Source: Fimicolochytrium jonesii (taxonomy: Eukaryota). From it: 64,000 nucleotides of DNA. A program made the translations under genes and the position numbers. A model generated the notes under the pieces. It was given only the letters and a program-made list of their open reading frames with translations. It was not told the DNA's origin and did not search any database. Positions 11,919 through 25,410 of this stretch are shown piece after piece (the stretch's first letter is position 1; every line of letters begins with the position of its first letter). The stretch covers positions 434,001 through 498,000 of the forward strand of contig NW_026515691.1 of NCBI RefSeq assembly GCF_025526975.1. Direction: 5' to 3'.

Positions 11919-12907
11919 TGAGCTCAACTGGTCCGTCTGGAAGCACCGGCCCCGGCGCACAAAGATTTATCTTCGGTGCGCCATCCCGGTCTGGACCCTT
12001 CAACTTTCAGGCCACGACGCCAACCGCAGCACCTACTTTGACATCAACATTGAGCACTGTCGACAACCTGGTCTCCTTCAATAATCACGCATGCTCCGAC
12101 ACCACCCTCGTCATGAATAGCGGGAAGCTAATGTACGCTGACAGCGATGTCCTGTGCCGTGCCTCGCCGTTTTTCCGAGCACACGATTCTTTCAGCAACA
12201 ATGCAGGAACCGAACGCTCGATCGAGGTGAAACACATCTGCGACGACGACTTGGTCTTTGCCCGAGTGCTTCTATGGATGTACACACAACGGTCAAACGA
12301 CCTCGGATTAGGCTCTCATAACCTAATGTCGTACATGTCCGTCGGCTTCGTGCTGGAACTTGACAAGTCGTTTTACGGTGCTATGCGGGTGGCCATGCAA
12401 GCGATCTCGCCCCTAGATCTCTCTCTCGATGGAATCTATATGTTCATGAAGCGCGCATTAACCTCCGAGGAGCAGGTTATCCATGCGCTGACCGAGCTTT
12501 TGCGAGATGTCCCATGCCAGAATGTGCACTTCTACAACACAGGCACTGTGTGCAACTCATGCTCGCGCGCGAACGGTGGAAGCGGAACAACGGGACCCTT
12601 TGGCCCCCACCAACAAGGACAACCTGTCTGCAGCTCGTGCCTCAAGTGTGCCAAGCATTGCAACTCGGCATACGTATACATATTACTGCACCTGCCCGCA
12701 ATATGGATCGGAACGGTGATGACACACGAGTACACATACGACATCTTGGATGTCCGGAGGCGCGTGAAAGCGGCTGTTGTTGCTCACAGTGACAAAATTC
12801 GGATCCTTTTGGACTCGACAAACGTGGTTTCTGCTGTCCTCAACACGATGAGCATCCCTACCCTCAGAGAGTGTCTGTATGTGATCTATGGGAATCCTCC
12901 TCCATAA
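11919..12907 (+). CDS. BTB/POZ-domain protein with a Cys/His-rich insert (intronless)
   Basis: SDTTLV...VLCRASPFF...FARVLLWMYT is a BTB signature; a later CxxxH...CxxC...CxxCxxCxxHC cluster. Confidence 0.75.
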
Positions 12908-13519
12908 TCCGGACCAATGAACTGAGATGTCACTGGACTGTCATCGGGTGACGCAGACACCAATATCCAGACGGAAAACCAATGGCCATCCTTTCCTCCT
13001 ACATCGGCATGCCTTCCCTTGGAGCATAACGATCTATCAAAGGCACGGCGGATTGGCGTATGCTAGACATCTCTCATAAGCAGTGTGGGCGGCACACATC
13101 TTCCCCAGCGCCGATTCCAAGTCTGCACCATATGGCAGCGTTTCTAGCGTCTTTAGCCAGTACAGACATGTTTGTCCCTATTTAGATACAATATACGACA
13201 TGTAGCAATTTTGACCTCGTCTTCGCCAATGCTCAATCGTTTGTGGGGAGACGAAGCTGATTCGCACAGCCCTTTGCAAGCATGAGGTAAAGTACTTCAA
13301 ATTTATAAGTGTTCCCGAAGCACCAGAGAGCGAGGGCGATACGATATGTCCGAGCCGCTACACTTCTTGCAGGATATGATGCTGCCGAGATGCGAATGAT
13401 ACAGGTGCTGGTCGATAGACTGCCCTCTGGAAGCATCATATAGAGCGTGCCCCATTTGTAACTTAACTTTTTGGCTACACAATGAGCATCTACATGATAT
13501 ACCCTGTGACTTAGATATT

Positions 13520-14315
13520 CTAACTGTTGGGTTCTAGTTCAAAAACGGACGCTGGAAAGTCCTCCAAAATGTCGCAGACAATCCCAGGCGACTTCAACGT
13601 ATACCGCCTCCAAAATGCGCCGTTCTCTCTCCTCTCTACATTCATCAGCTCATACTCGGGCAAAATGTTCAGATATCGAAACAGTTGTCCGATGGCTATG
13701 TTCTCCTCTACAAGCATCCGTTGATACTTTGCGTTGCTAATGGTGACAACGCTCGTTGCCTTGCAGCATACCTTTTGATGTGATTCAGGCATATGTTTGA
13801 TTAGACGTAAGCGGTGAAAACGGATCCAGGGAGAACTATGTCCTTACTTTGTCCTGCAACAAGAGGTCAACTTCGCGATCAAAGACGCCAGCTTGAGTGG
13901 AAACCTTCTCGTTCTTTATGATCTTCACTACAATCTTGGCATTGTAGTAGGCGCTGTCATCCATAACTCTTTGAATATCGAGACGGAAAATACCACAGCC
14001 AGAGGCCAACGCTTGACCAGTCCTCATATTGCACATAAACCGACCTTAATATTCTCTGCACGTTACCATTGGCAGTCAGGAGTATCCGCTCTAGTGGGGT
14101 GAAACCTGGTGGGAACGTGATACTCGTTTCCCTGGACGACATGATATCTCCCTGCACGAACACCAGAAAATCGTGAGGAAAAAGTCGCGTAGCTTCAACG
14201 GGAGGAAAGGTGTGCATACAAAGTGCCCAGGCGCCTTGGCTGCGGGCCCGTTTCCCTCGCTTGGGGGTGCATCGCTCGCATGTTGTCCTCCAGGTGTTGT
14301 GCTGTCGACGACCAT
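13520..14315 (-). CDS. DUF98 / chorismate-lyase-like (Rv2949c-like) protein, multi-exon
   Basis: Spliced FTPLERILLTANGNVQRILSAYY...FDREVDL...IAIGQLFRYLN...WRRYTL...ILEDFP. Confidence 0.7.
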
Positions 14316-14609
14316 GATGGCCAGTTTGTCCTGGAGCTGCTGGATGCCCCACGTCGATGGGGGAGGACTATGCAAGCAGCGAACAGCTATGTACTGTACG
14401 GTTGTTCCAAGGACTGCGGATAAGGGCTGGCGATTGGAGGCGCAGAATAATTGTTGAGGGGTTGAGGACTGTTAAGGGTTTGGTGTGTAAGGGTGGAATG
14501 GGCGGTTGGACGGGTTCTGATGTTTGTGGATGAGATGGGGAGAAAGTGTGAAGTGGATAGCGAGGTAGTTAGGGAGTGGGTTGAGGACACGCGAGAGGTT
14601 CGGAAGATA

Positions 14610-14922
14610 CAGTGCTGTTCATAAAGCAAGACCGCATTTGACAGTGCCGTCAGAGAAGTGCTCGACCGCGTCGCCGGCCGGACGCTCCGGACAACCCGAG
14701 CGAGATCTCGAGAGCAGCTAGAGGCTATTGCACAGCAGACATTTCAGGATATTGAGCCAGATGTGCTAGAAAAACTTGTGTCGAGCATGCCCCGGCGTAT
14801 AGCGGCAGTCATAGCAGCTAGAGGAGGATTCACTAGATACTAGGCGTAGATCTATATGGAGAGGCGCGTCCAGGGGGCCGGTGAATTAAATTGACAGCGG
14901 TCTTGCTTTATGAACAGCACTG
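14610..14922 (+). mobile_element. Internally deleted Tc1/mariner element (MITE-like, 313 bp)
   Basis: Perfect 26-bp TIRs CAGTGCTGTTCATAAAGCAAGACCGC (14610-14635 and 14897-14922), TA on both sides (14608-9, 14923-4); retains the Tc1 transposase C-terminus LVSSMPRRIAAVIAARGGFTRY* (to 14843). Confidence 0.93.
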
Positions 14923-15529
14923 TATGTACACCGTTCGAGTCGGTGCCGGACGTTAAGCTCACCCAAGAGCAGACGGTACTGAACGTTTGAAAATGCGGCA
15001 AGCATTGGTGGACGGGCACAGAGTGCACTGCGGACGCGATATTGAGCGGCAGATTGAGCGGAGGAGGAAGGATGGGGACAGTGGGTTTGGTGACAGGAGG
15101 TGGTTGCGGCCACAGCTCGGGTGTCCCCGCAACCACCTCTGGTCTCTTATCACTTGCTGTTCCGGTATCCCACCGTCGGGCTTTTCCATACACGATTCAG
15201 CGGCCTGTCTTCGATTGAAAATAGAAGTCTCCTCTTCCAATCGTTACGTTGATTTTATTGCGCAAGGGCATTGATGATGAGTCTACTACTGGAAACTCTT
15301 CCTTGTGAACCAATCCACGTCCTGCAAATGTTTTACTCACTCAGATCTGAGGTTATGTTAACCCCTGTTCTCACAGTGAAGAAGCTGTAGGAATTGCAGT
15401 ACATGAAAAGTACATATGAATGTAATGACAATATGTAAGAAAAAACAAACTGTACAAGCATGCGATATTAAATACGTCGGGTGTCGGACTCGCCGAAGGG
15501 TTTTGAATCATGCATAACACGCCCAATCC

Positions 15530-17584
15530 TCAAGGATCCTGCGCGGTCCAATCCGTCCTCTGCTTCCCCCTCCTCCTATTCTTCTTATCATGCAGCTTCG
15601 TCGCCTTACCCGCATTCGCCAGCGGCTGGGGCGCCTGTGCGCCCTGGTGCGGGTACAGCTTTACACGGCTGAAATCGCCCTGCTGGTGTTTACCGACGAC
15701 GCCGGCACGCACTGTTGTTGTTTGCGGGGCGAAGAAGGCGGCGTCGAGGGCGGAGGAGGCGGGGGTTGACAGGGTGGTTGTTGATGGTGTGGATGATGGG
15801 TCGGCGGCGTCGGTGGGTTGCTGAACGGCGGGATGTTCTACGGGTCGTCGGGACGCGAATCGTTTGTTGCGGTACATTGGCGCGTTGAACGACTCTGCGT
15901 CGATGCCGGGGGGTGGATGTGCGTACAGCAGTTTCCCGCTGACGTAGTCTTTGAGGATATACCGTGCCGCACGGGCTTCGTCCGGGTTTCCCTGCGAGCT
16001 CTTGGTAAACCCTCTCGCGACGGCGTATGAGATGAGCAGCTCGGTTCCATTCGGCTGACGGTCCTCCTGCACGCCCTCCGCGTCGCGGGTGCGGACTCTG
16101 ATGCCGTAGATGTTCTCCACGACCCATTTGGGCACGCGTTTGGCGACCAGGCCCGCGGGACCCGTGAACTCGCGCAGCTGGTCGATGGGGAGGATACCGT
16201 TGACGACCAAGTCGGCTTTGGTTGTCGCAAAGGACGGGAAGACGAGACCGGGGCAGTCGCAAAGGACCATTTCTTCGGAGAGGTGGATTGTTTGGAAGTG
16301 TTTAGTTTTGCCGGGGGTGGAGGAGACGGTTACGCGCTTAGCGCCGACGAGGGCGTTGAGGGTGGAGGATTTGCCGACGTTGGGGTATCCGACGAAACCG
16401 ATGGTGATCTTTTGCGGGCCGGCTTCGCTTTTGCGGAGGGGTTCGGGGCAGGAAGCATGGAAGAGGTCAATGAGCTCGTTCGCGCCGTAAATGCGGGCGC
16501 GTTCGGGGATGTTTTCGTCCGTGTCGGGCTGTACCAGACCCGTCATGGAGTCTCGGCGGTCGGCCGAAGCTGTGAACAAGCATAGTGCGTAAGCGTGTGC
16601 TTCCATGTTAGTACTGGGCCAGAAAGCATAAGCATACCTGGCGGATACGCTTCCTTTCCGGCATTCTTTCCCTCTTCCTCGTCTTCGCTCTCCTCCTCCG
16701 AGTCATCAGCGTTGGCAGCATCCAACTCTTCCTGAGCCTCCGCAGCCTTCCGCGCCTCCTCCTCCGCATCCTGCCTCTCCTTTTCCAAAACAGCAGAAAA
16801 GAAAATATACCGAATCCCCTCCTTCTCGAAATGATCCGCCCACTGCAGCCTCTGCTCCACCGTCAACATATCCGCCTTATTAACCAGCAACAAGTTTTTC
16901 TTTCTCGGGTCGACCTCCACAACATACTTCTCAACATCAGTCGACCGGAACAGCACGGGGTTCCGCGAATCCACAATCTGCACCACCAGATCCGACCGCT
17001 CAATCACACGCCACAGCTGCCTCCACACCTCCAAATTCCTCTCATAGGGGGTCATAATCAGCCCCTTATCCTCCTCCAGCGTCGCCAGCCCACGTCTCCA
17101 ATCCAAAAACGAGTCGTTCTCACGGCGTTTGAGCTCATCAGCTGTGGTCGAGTGATCCCATTTCGGTCGGCGGGGCACGGTCAGCAAGTGTTTGTGCTCC
17201 CTGTGCTGCTCCAGTGCTTCGGCTTCCTTCTCGGGCGTGAGCAGGAAAGGGTTGTTGTAGGTGTTGGAGACGACGGTGATGTTTAGCCTCTCGGCCGCGA
17301 AATCGGTGCCGGCTAGCTCGGCGGTGCTGAGGAAGGCTTCAAGGTCGTTTTCTTGCGTGATGGAGCGCATTTTCATGACGTTGGCGGTTGACTCGTCTGT
17401 CTCTGTTGTATGCTGGAAGATATCGCCAAGCGGTGAGTGCGCTTTTCGCCTTCAACGTGGGAACTCAGCGAGGAACACTTACCCTGATAGACCCGTCCGG
17501 GTTCTGTTGAGCGGCGGTGTTGAAGCGGGTCCGCATGAGGGACTTGCCCAAGCCCACCTTCTTCTTGCTTGTCGGGATACCCAT
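15530..17584 (-). CDS. LSG1: Large ribosomal subunit GTPase Lsg1 (multi-exon)
   Basis: TPYERNLEVWRQLWRVIERSDLVVQIVD, NKAD, GYPNVGKSS and DCPG: circularly permuted GTPase; ATG GGT ATC at 17584. Confidence 0.95.
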
Positions 17585-17968
17585 TTTGGAGGGAGTGCTG
17601 TTGGGGACGGGGTAGGTCGCTGATAGACGGAACACTAGCTAAAAGCAGGTTGAATGGGGAGTCCCAACAACGCTTATACGGAGACGAGTGAAGCAATAGG
17701 GCGCTACTCTACAGGAACTTTCTCCCTATATATGTGCCTGCCTATGTATGTGCTCTGCAAAACGGTGGACGATAGTGACAAATGTGTGTTCAATGGCCGT
17801 CTTTAGCATCCTTCCCCTGCAAAAACCTCTGAGAATTATTCATCGCGCCTTTTGGCAAGTTCCCGCATGACTGCGCCACGCCTCCCGTCTTGCCCCAAAT
17901 GCGTTGGCTTGCGAGCGCCTGCACAATGGTGGCTTCAACCCCCAACAATCATCAGCGACCACTCAACA

Positions 17969-19044
17969 ATGTCCTTGCTATCTCCCTCCCTACGCCGTCT
18001 GACGCCTCTTTGCCGACGGGTCTCCGTCAAATGTGCCCAGCAACATGTATGTTTGGTCCACCCTCATTCCCCGTCTTTGCCACATCCATTCCCATGCCTC
18101 GTGAACTTAGTGCTCATTTAGGCTGTTGTTCTGTAGAGGACGAAATTCTCCAAACCAGATATCCACGTCTACCTACGGGAAACGGTACCGGGGCTTGGAG
18201 AGAAGGGTAGGTCCTTCTTTGTACCCGTCTCTACTTTCTTCTCGTGGGATAGACGAGCTTATTTCTCAACGATTTGCAGGGGAGATCACACTAGTGAATT
18301 GTAAGCACGTGCGACGGGAGTCTGTAATGGGGTGTACTGCACTCTTCGGAAGAAGCAGTCTAGGGAGCACGGGATGATTCTGGCAGTATGCTTACAGTTT
18401 CCTGGGCGGTTGTTTCTAGTGGCACAAGCACGGAATTACCTGGTACCCTTCGGATTAGCATATTACACGCCGAGAATACTGGGCAAGCCTATCCTGCCTG
18501 ACGGCTGGGAGGCGAAGGAGCGCGAGGAGGACTTTGAGCTGGAAACGGTAAGGACGGGGGGAGATGTGCGAAGGGGAATACGCATCCCAGCGTTTTGGTT
18601 TCAGTGAAAATCGTGGGACCACTTCGTCTCATGTCACCATACTAAACCACCCTCGATTCCAACAAACAGATCGTCCCCGCCTTCTCCACCATCACCGTCG
18701 AATCCCGCTCTACGTCTACCTCCTCTCCCACCTCCTCCACCTCCACCACCGCCCAAACCGCCCGCATCCAATCCCATCTCGACCTCGCCCTCGCCCTCCG
18801 TTCTCTCCCGCCCCTAACATTCAAACGCGTGCGGATGAAAGCCACCGACACAAAGATCTACGGCTCCGTCACCGCCGACGACGTCGTGAGGGAATTGTTG
18901 GAAGTGCATAATGTCGTGGTGGATAGGGAGAGTGTGTTGATGAAGGAGCGGATAAAGAATGTAGGGGAGTTTGAGGTTGAGGTGGCGTTGGGGGTGGGGG
19001 AGAATGGGAAGGTGGTTGTGAGGGTGGAGGATTCGGAGGTTTAG
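17969..19044 (+). CDS. MRPL9: Mitochondrial ribosomal protein bL9m (multi-exon)
   Basis: Presequence-like N-terminus, ARNYLVP (L9 N-domain), KIYGSVT and RIKNVGEFEVEV (L9 C-domain). Confidence 0.8.
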
Positions 19045-19385
19045 GGAGGGAATCAGGTGGGGGGGAAGGTGTTATCATTATTGCCATTGGGGAGCTCAGT
19101 GGCAGTGTCGAATAGAAATTATAGATCAGCATAAATGCCCAACTGCCCAACTGCCCTAGCGTGACAAAGAGAAAACGTGCAACGGAGCAACAGAAATGAC
19201 TTCAGCCCTCTTTCAATTCTAACCGTATGCCCAATCTGATTCAGCAGTAGTAAGATGTGCAATCTAAAAGTATAATTTAGATCCCTTCAAGAAAAGAAAG
19301 TCCCAATCGGCACACACAAACAGGTCCTGGTTGAAATTCCCAGTCCATCGACCCGTCCGTTCACCTCTATCCCTCCACACAAGGT

Positions 19386-21324
19386 CTACAAATCAACCCA
19401 AACCCTCTTCTGACTGACCATCTCCCCCCACTCCTCATCCCCGTTCCCACCGTCCTTCCACTCCTTACAGTCCCCTTTACACTCCCTCCCCTTCCCAAAA
19501 CTCAAACACGCACACCCACCCATCCTATCCGCCGACGCGCTCCCCGCAACCCCGTCAAAGCTCGAAGACGCAGAGAAATACCCGCTCGAATCGGAATCAC
19601 CCCTCCGGTGTCGATGCCGTTTCTGCTGTTTCTGCAGTAGCGTCAGTCTCGCTGTCGTTTTCTGCAACTGGGTATCACCGTTGTTTTGGTGGTGGTGGTG
19701 GTGCAGTAACGGGCTCGTCCCCGCGCTGGATACCCTCGACGAATCACGTGAGGAGGTGTGGTCCGATGGTGGCGAAGATGGAACGGGGGTGTATGCCCTG
19801 GCCATCACGGGGAGGGTGGGTGAGGAAGCCCCGGGGGGTGAGGGGGAACGCGATCGACGGGTATGGCGGAATCTGAGGAAGGCGAGGAAAAGGAGGAGGG
19901 CGAGGGAGAGGAGGAGGAGAGGGTAAAGGGTTATTGGGGCGTCTGTTGATGGGGTTGGGTGGTGAGGACGGTCATGGTGGGCCGGGATGTCGTTTTGCGG
20001 CGCTGTGTGATTTGGCGATGGCGGTGGTGGTGGTGCCGGTAAGCCCTTCGTGCTAGCCTCAGTCCCAAAAATCGGCACCTTCTTGATCCACCTCCCCAGC
20101 TTCCCAAACAGCTTCGCATCCCCCTGATGCCACGAACTCGCTCCCAAATGCCGGAAAAGCGGCGTCTCGACCTTCCCGCTCAACCTATTCTGTTGCCCGC
20201 CCAAAACTTTCAATGTCTCTCGTTCGGGGAAGATGTTGTGTAAGGCCGAGATGTACATGCAGCCGGTGCTGAACATAACGCTGGCGTAGGGGGAGAGGAA
20301 GTAGTGGTTGAAGGTGGGAAGGTTGGTGACGAGGGTGGAAATAAAGGGGGAGTGGCGGGGCACCATGATAAAGCCGTTGGAGACGCCGACGGGGTGGGCG
20401 GCGTTGGCTAGGAATTGGACTCTTATAAAACGAGAGCGTGAGGTTAGATTAGTCTCCCTATTGACGTGACAAGAAAACACCGGAGACGATAACTCACTTC
20501 CTCAAAGGATCCAACGACCGCCTACACATTAAATCCATATCCAGATACGTCCCTCCATACGTATACAGCACCAAATACCGCAACGAATCCGCTTTCTGTA
20601 TATTAAACCTATAATTCGTCCACGTCTCCCAGAACCACGCATGCTCAGCTTTGATGAACTTCTCAGCGGCCGCGTCGTCCCAGTACATCCGCGTCCAGTG
20701 CGGATGGATCACGACACAGGCGTTGGCGGCCTGTTCCCACTGTTTTGGTGGGGCGGTCTTCATCCCGATCGCGATGTGGTGGAGGATGGGTGGGACGATG
20801 AGGTCGGTTTCGTCGAGCTTGGGCCCCCAATTCAGGGCCTGCTCGGTTTGTGTGACGAAGGACGGCGCGGATTCGGTTGTGAATGGCAGCTTACCCGTGT
20901 CCATCATCTGCGATATCGGCGGCTCCTGTGATGTTGGAAACGGCGGTAAAGGCGACCCAGCCGCCTTAGCCGCAGCCCGTGCGGCATCCTCCTGCACCGA
21001 GATCTCCAACTCCACCGCCAGTGCAGCCTTCCTCACATCTCCCACCACATCCTCTACCCTCTCCCCCGCCGAAACCCGCCTCGCGATCGCCAGATACGTC
21101 AAATCCAGATCCGACGGCGGTGGCGGCAACCCATCCAGATCTCTCGGCAGCTGGTCGTCGTGGGTGCCGATAAAGTTGATGGATTTGAGGTTCCAGGTTG
21201 CGAAGCAGTGGATTATAACGCCCATGCAGTATATCCAGCTGCGGTAGACAATTACGAGGGTTGTGCAAATGCCCAGGGCAATGTGCCGAGGCCGGATACG
21301 GCGGAAGCTGGGGAGGGCTCGCAT
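19386..21324 (-). CDS. GT32 glycosyltransferase, MIPC synthase (Sur1/Csh1)-like
   Basis: IVPPILHH, KADSLRYLVLYTYGGTYLDMD (DxD motif), PVGVSNGFI, VMFSTG; N-terminal and C-terminal TM segments; intron near 20.4-20.5 kb. Confidence 0.85.
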
Positions 21325-22120
21325 GGTGTAGACAGGGTTTCTGTATGGATGTTCCGCTTGGAGGGAGAAGAGAACTACGACCCCGGAAAATGCGAGTCCT
21401 GCGCTCAACGAGCCAGGACGGGGTGCCGGTCAACGGAACCGCAGTCTGATCCGTGTCCTCGCCAATTTGCTGTGCTTAACTGAGGTTTCAGGTTGAAGTG
21501 ATCGGACCAGGTGAAACCAAGTGAGAACCGTTTGCGGACTGCTGAAATGCGTGGGTGGGAGGTCAAGTGGAGGCCGACGAAGACGCAGATGGGCGACGGC
21601 GGCAGCGACAGTTGCAGATTGAAGTGGCAGTGAGGGAGGGAGTGCAGTGACAGAGGATGGTTGCGGTGATATACTGTAAGTACTAAGTAGTGGGCCGTTC
21701 GGGAAAGGGACGGTCGCGGATAAAACACTGCTGCGAACAGAAAGTAGGCCCTGCGCGATTCAGGTGGCTTGGCGTCGTGGCTGCTGGGCGGAATGTTCCA
21801 TAATCCCCCATTCGGGACGGTCTCAACTCCGCTCGATTGACAGGTGCAACAACAACGGGGTTATGCCCAAAAAGCCTTTCGAACACCCTCTCTATTAACT
21901 GCATTGAAAGTCCTCGACGGCATAAAAGGGGTCCGACTTCGACACGTCGAGTTGGCTTACGACGACGCGGTTTTCTCGCGGTTGTACAGTACATGTACAG
22001 TACAAACATTGCACTTGGGCCCAGTTATGCTGCGAAGAACTCTAGGCTAGTGCAATATGCATCTAAACGCTGTCATACGTACAGCCCCTCTCCCCAACCC
22101 AACCCTCCAACCCACCCCTC

Positions 22121-24912
22121 CTACACCCCCCAAGCCAACAACCCATCCCCCTCAATCCCATACGGATCCCTCACCTCCTTCCACCGCTCCCTAATCGCCC
22201 TCCCCCTCCTAATCTCCCTCAACACCCTCTCCCTCGCCATATTCCACTCCCTACTCATCATATACGCCCTCTCGATCGTCGGGAGCGTCGGGTACCGCGC
22301 CACCTCCTCCCTCAACACCCTCATCGTCGCGTCGGTCGCGAAGCGCTGGAAATCCAATTTGGAGATCACCAGTGCGGTGGTCTTCTGGTTGGTGATGACG
22401 CTGACGGGTTGCTCGAGCGTGCCGGCTTTGGCGTGCGCGGACATCTGCGAGGTGAGCGTGCCGGACATGCATTGCCCGAAGAAGTCGCCCGGGGAGAGGG
22501 TTTTGACGACCAGGAATTCGGTGAGGAGCGTGCTGTCTGGGGGGAGTGTGGCGGGGTCGGCGGCGGATTTCGACGGGGTGAGACGGTCGAGGGAGACGTT
22601 GGAGGAGTGGAGGAGTTGGGAGGCTGAGCGGCGCGGGTTGGTTGAGGATTCCGAAGAGGAGATTGTGGGGGCGCGGTAGGGTTTGATGTGGTAGCGGCGT
22701 TTGCCGAGTTTTTGTTTGATGAATTGGACCGCTTGGACTACGCGGCATGTTCCCGATCTGCACACGGATGTAAATATATGAGAAAAGAAATCACTCATGG
22801 CCCAAGAGAGAAGAGACTCGGGCATAATCACACACTCACATGAGGAAATACAACGCCCCCACATGCTGCTTCTGACACACAATGATCCTATTCGCATCAA
22901 ACCGCTCGATACTCGAGCAATTCAGCAACGCAGCCATATCCCCATTCAGCGTCCTCAGCATCGCGTGCGTCCGCAACGTCTGCTGCTTGATCGTCTCGGC
23001 CTCTTTGAATGTGCTCGTGATATGCTCGTAGTCGCGTTTGCCGATCGTGAGGAACTCGGTTACCCGTTTGGTGGTGTAGGTGGCCGTTCGAAGGGGGGAG
23101 GTGAGGAAGGATATGTCGAAGGATTCTGGACACACACACACATTCAGTTTGTTAGCAAGTGCGACATAACTTTCAAGAATATGGGGATGTTATGAACCCA
23201 CCTCCAGCACCCATATACCCCATCGTAATAGTATACGCCTTATTCAAATCCTCCTCAACCTGCTTCATCGCTTTCCTCTCCTCATCGCCCACCACCGCCG
23301 CCAAAATGCTAGCCGTACTCGAGCTCGCCAACGCTTTCTCGTCCCCCGCCCCGCCGGCCATAGCCGCCATCGTCGGCGAACTCCCCACCAACTGCAGCGT
23401 GCTCGCACCCCCATGGAATCGGGACACAGTCGAGTCGCCCCTGCGCGCGCTCACAAAACTCGCCAACGCGAAGCTCTTATTCCGCGCATCGATCAGTTTC
23501 GCCCGGTCCACTTTCGTAATCTCCACCTCCCCATCTAGAATAATGTAGAACCGGCCAATAGGGTGCATCTCCTTCACAATCTGCCGACTCGAATGCCACC
23601 GCGTGTAGATCGCGGCCTGGATCAGCGCGCGCTGCACGGGCGTCGGGTACTTGTCCATACACTTCATCGTCGAGCACCAAGACACAATCCGGTCGATTTC
23701 AGCGGGTGTGCGGCGCGAGGCCGGTTTGCGGAGGAGGGTGCGGATGTCGTTATCTAGCCAGCCGTTGAATTTCTTGGGTTTGGCAAAGAGGTGGGAGACG
23801 CCAAAGACTTCGTGGGACATTAGGAGGGGCATGTTTGTGGATGTGGATGCCGTGGATGTCCCAGTCCGTGTTTTGGTGTCGTAGGCGGTGTGCGAGGCGG
23901 AGAGGCCGATGACTTCTTCCTCGGTGTAGGTTTTTGGGTCGTATTCCCAGGACCATTCGAGCGGGTTTTTAAGGATCCTAGCGAGGAATTTGATGAGGTG
24001 CACGCTGTGGGCGACCATTCGGGCGATGCGGCGGAAGCGGCGGTAGGGGGTGTCGTTGTGGGAGATGGTCGTTGACACGGTGCTGGTGGTGGTCGGTTCC
24101 GACATGGCGACCATGGACGTGGCAAGCGAGGGCGCCAATGAGCCGCGACTAGTCTGGTTCATATTCAAACTCCTCTCAGAGGCCTTGTTGGACCATGATT
24201 TTGTGTGCGGGGTCGGTTCGAGCGTCCCCGAAGCGGCCGGGTCAATGGAGATTTCTGGCGGTTTCTTGATCGATTCATACAACGACTTTCTCCGCAGCGT
24301 CCGACTCGACGACCCTCCGGCATCGTGCATCATCATCGGCGGCCGCACGGACTCGGAATTGCGGGTCCAGCCCGTGCGCGGCTGCGGCGTAAGGGCAGGG
24401 AAACCTCCTCCGCTGTTACCCTCCTCAGTTCCAGGCCCACCGGCGCCCGAGACCCTCGGCATCCGTGAGGGAAACCCATCGGAAACAGCCAGCGACCCGC
24501 GCCTCGTCTCCGGAAACATCACAATGTTCTGAATCTCCCTCATCTCGCCTACCATCTCCTCATCGTCACCGCCATCGCTCCCATCCAGCACCGGCGGCGC
24601 CTTCAGGCCCACATCTGTGATCACCGCCGCGACCGCCTTATTCTTCAACCGCGTCTTCAAATACCGCCGCGCCTCCCTCACCGCAATGGCGTTATTGCTC
24701 GGCACACGCGCGGCGTAGTGGGAGATTTCGATTGCCGAGGCACGGGCGTCGAAGGGGTAGAGACCGCCGAAGGAGGCGAGGTATTCGGCTTTCGGGGTTA
24801 GTGGGGGTGCGGTGTAGGTCGGTGGGCGGGTGTAGCCGATGCTCGGTTTGCGGCCGCGGTGTGCTGGGGGTGGGCGCTCGGAGGGAAAGAGGGTGGGGTG
24901 GTGGTGGGGCAT
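22121..24912 (-). CDS. Cyclic nucleotide-binding domain protein (CNBD-like, multiple cNMP domains)
   Basis: IVKEMHPIGRFYIILDGEVEI, RTATYTT, IVCQKQHVGALYFLMSGTC and LSPGDFFG cNMP-fold motifs across several exons. Confidence 0.75.
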
Positions 24913-25410
24913 TCTGACTGCGGTCGGATGAGGCTATGTGTATTGTACTGTTTTCGATGCACTGTCAAGGTGCCTCAGCGATGGTGTCTGCAAGATGAGG
25001 ACCTCGTTTGCAAGATGAGCAGTGATGGGCCAACGAGGCTTGGCCACCAAGCGCAAGAGCGGACGGAGCAAAGAACGAACAAAGACGACGTTCTCCGACC
25101 GCCCGACGGACCACGTAAGCAAGGCATATTCACCAATGAAGGCGTGGAAAGAGAAGGGGGAAAAAAGGAGTGGGGCAGGAGGAAGGGCTGGAGTGGGCCA
25201 ATGTCCGATTGTGCGCAAGGAAGCCCCAGCCAGCCAGGCGCATGGAACGCGTCGCGTCCGGCCGAAAGCGGTGACCCCCCCGAAAGCATCCTGCGTCGTG
25301 CCTGTGAACGTCCCGACCTTCTCCCATATGCAACGAGGACCTTACTTGGTACGTTAGATATTGCGCGGACCTGGACCTGTTATTCAGTGAGTGGAGGCGC
25401 AAGAGTGCTT

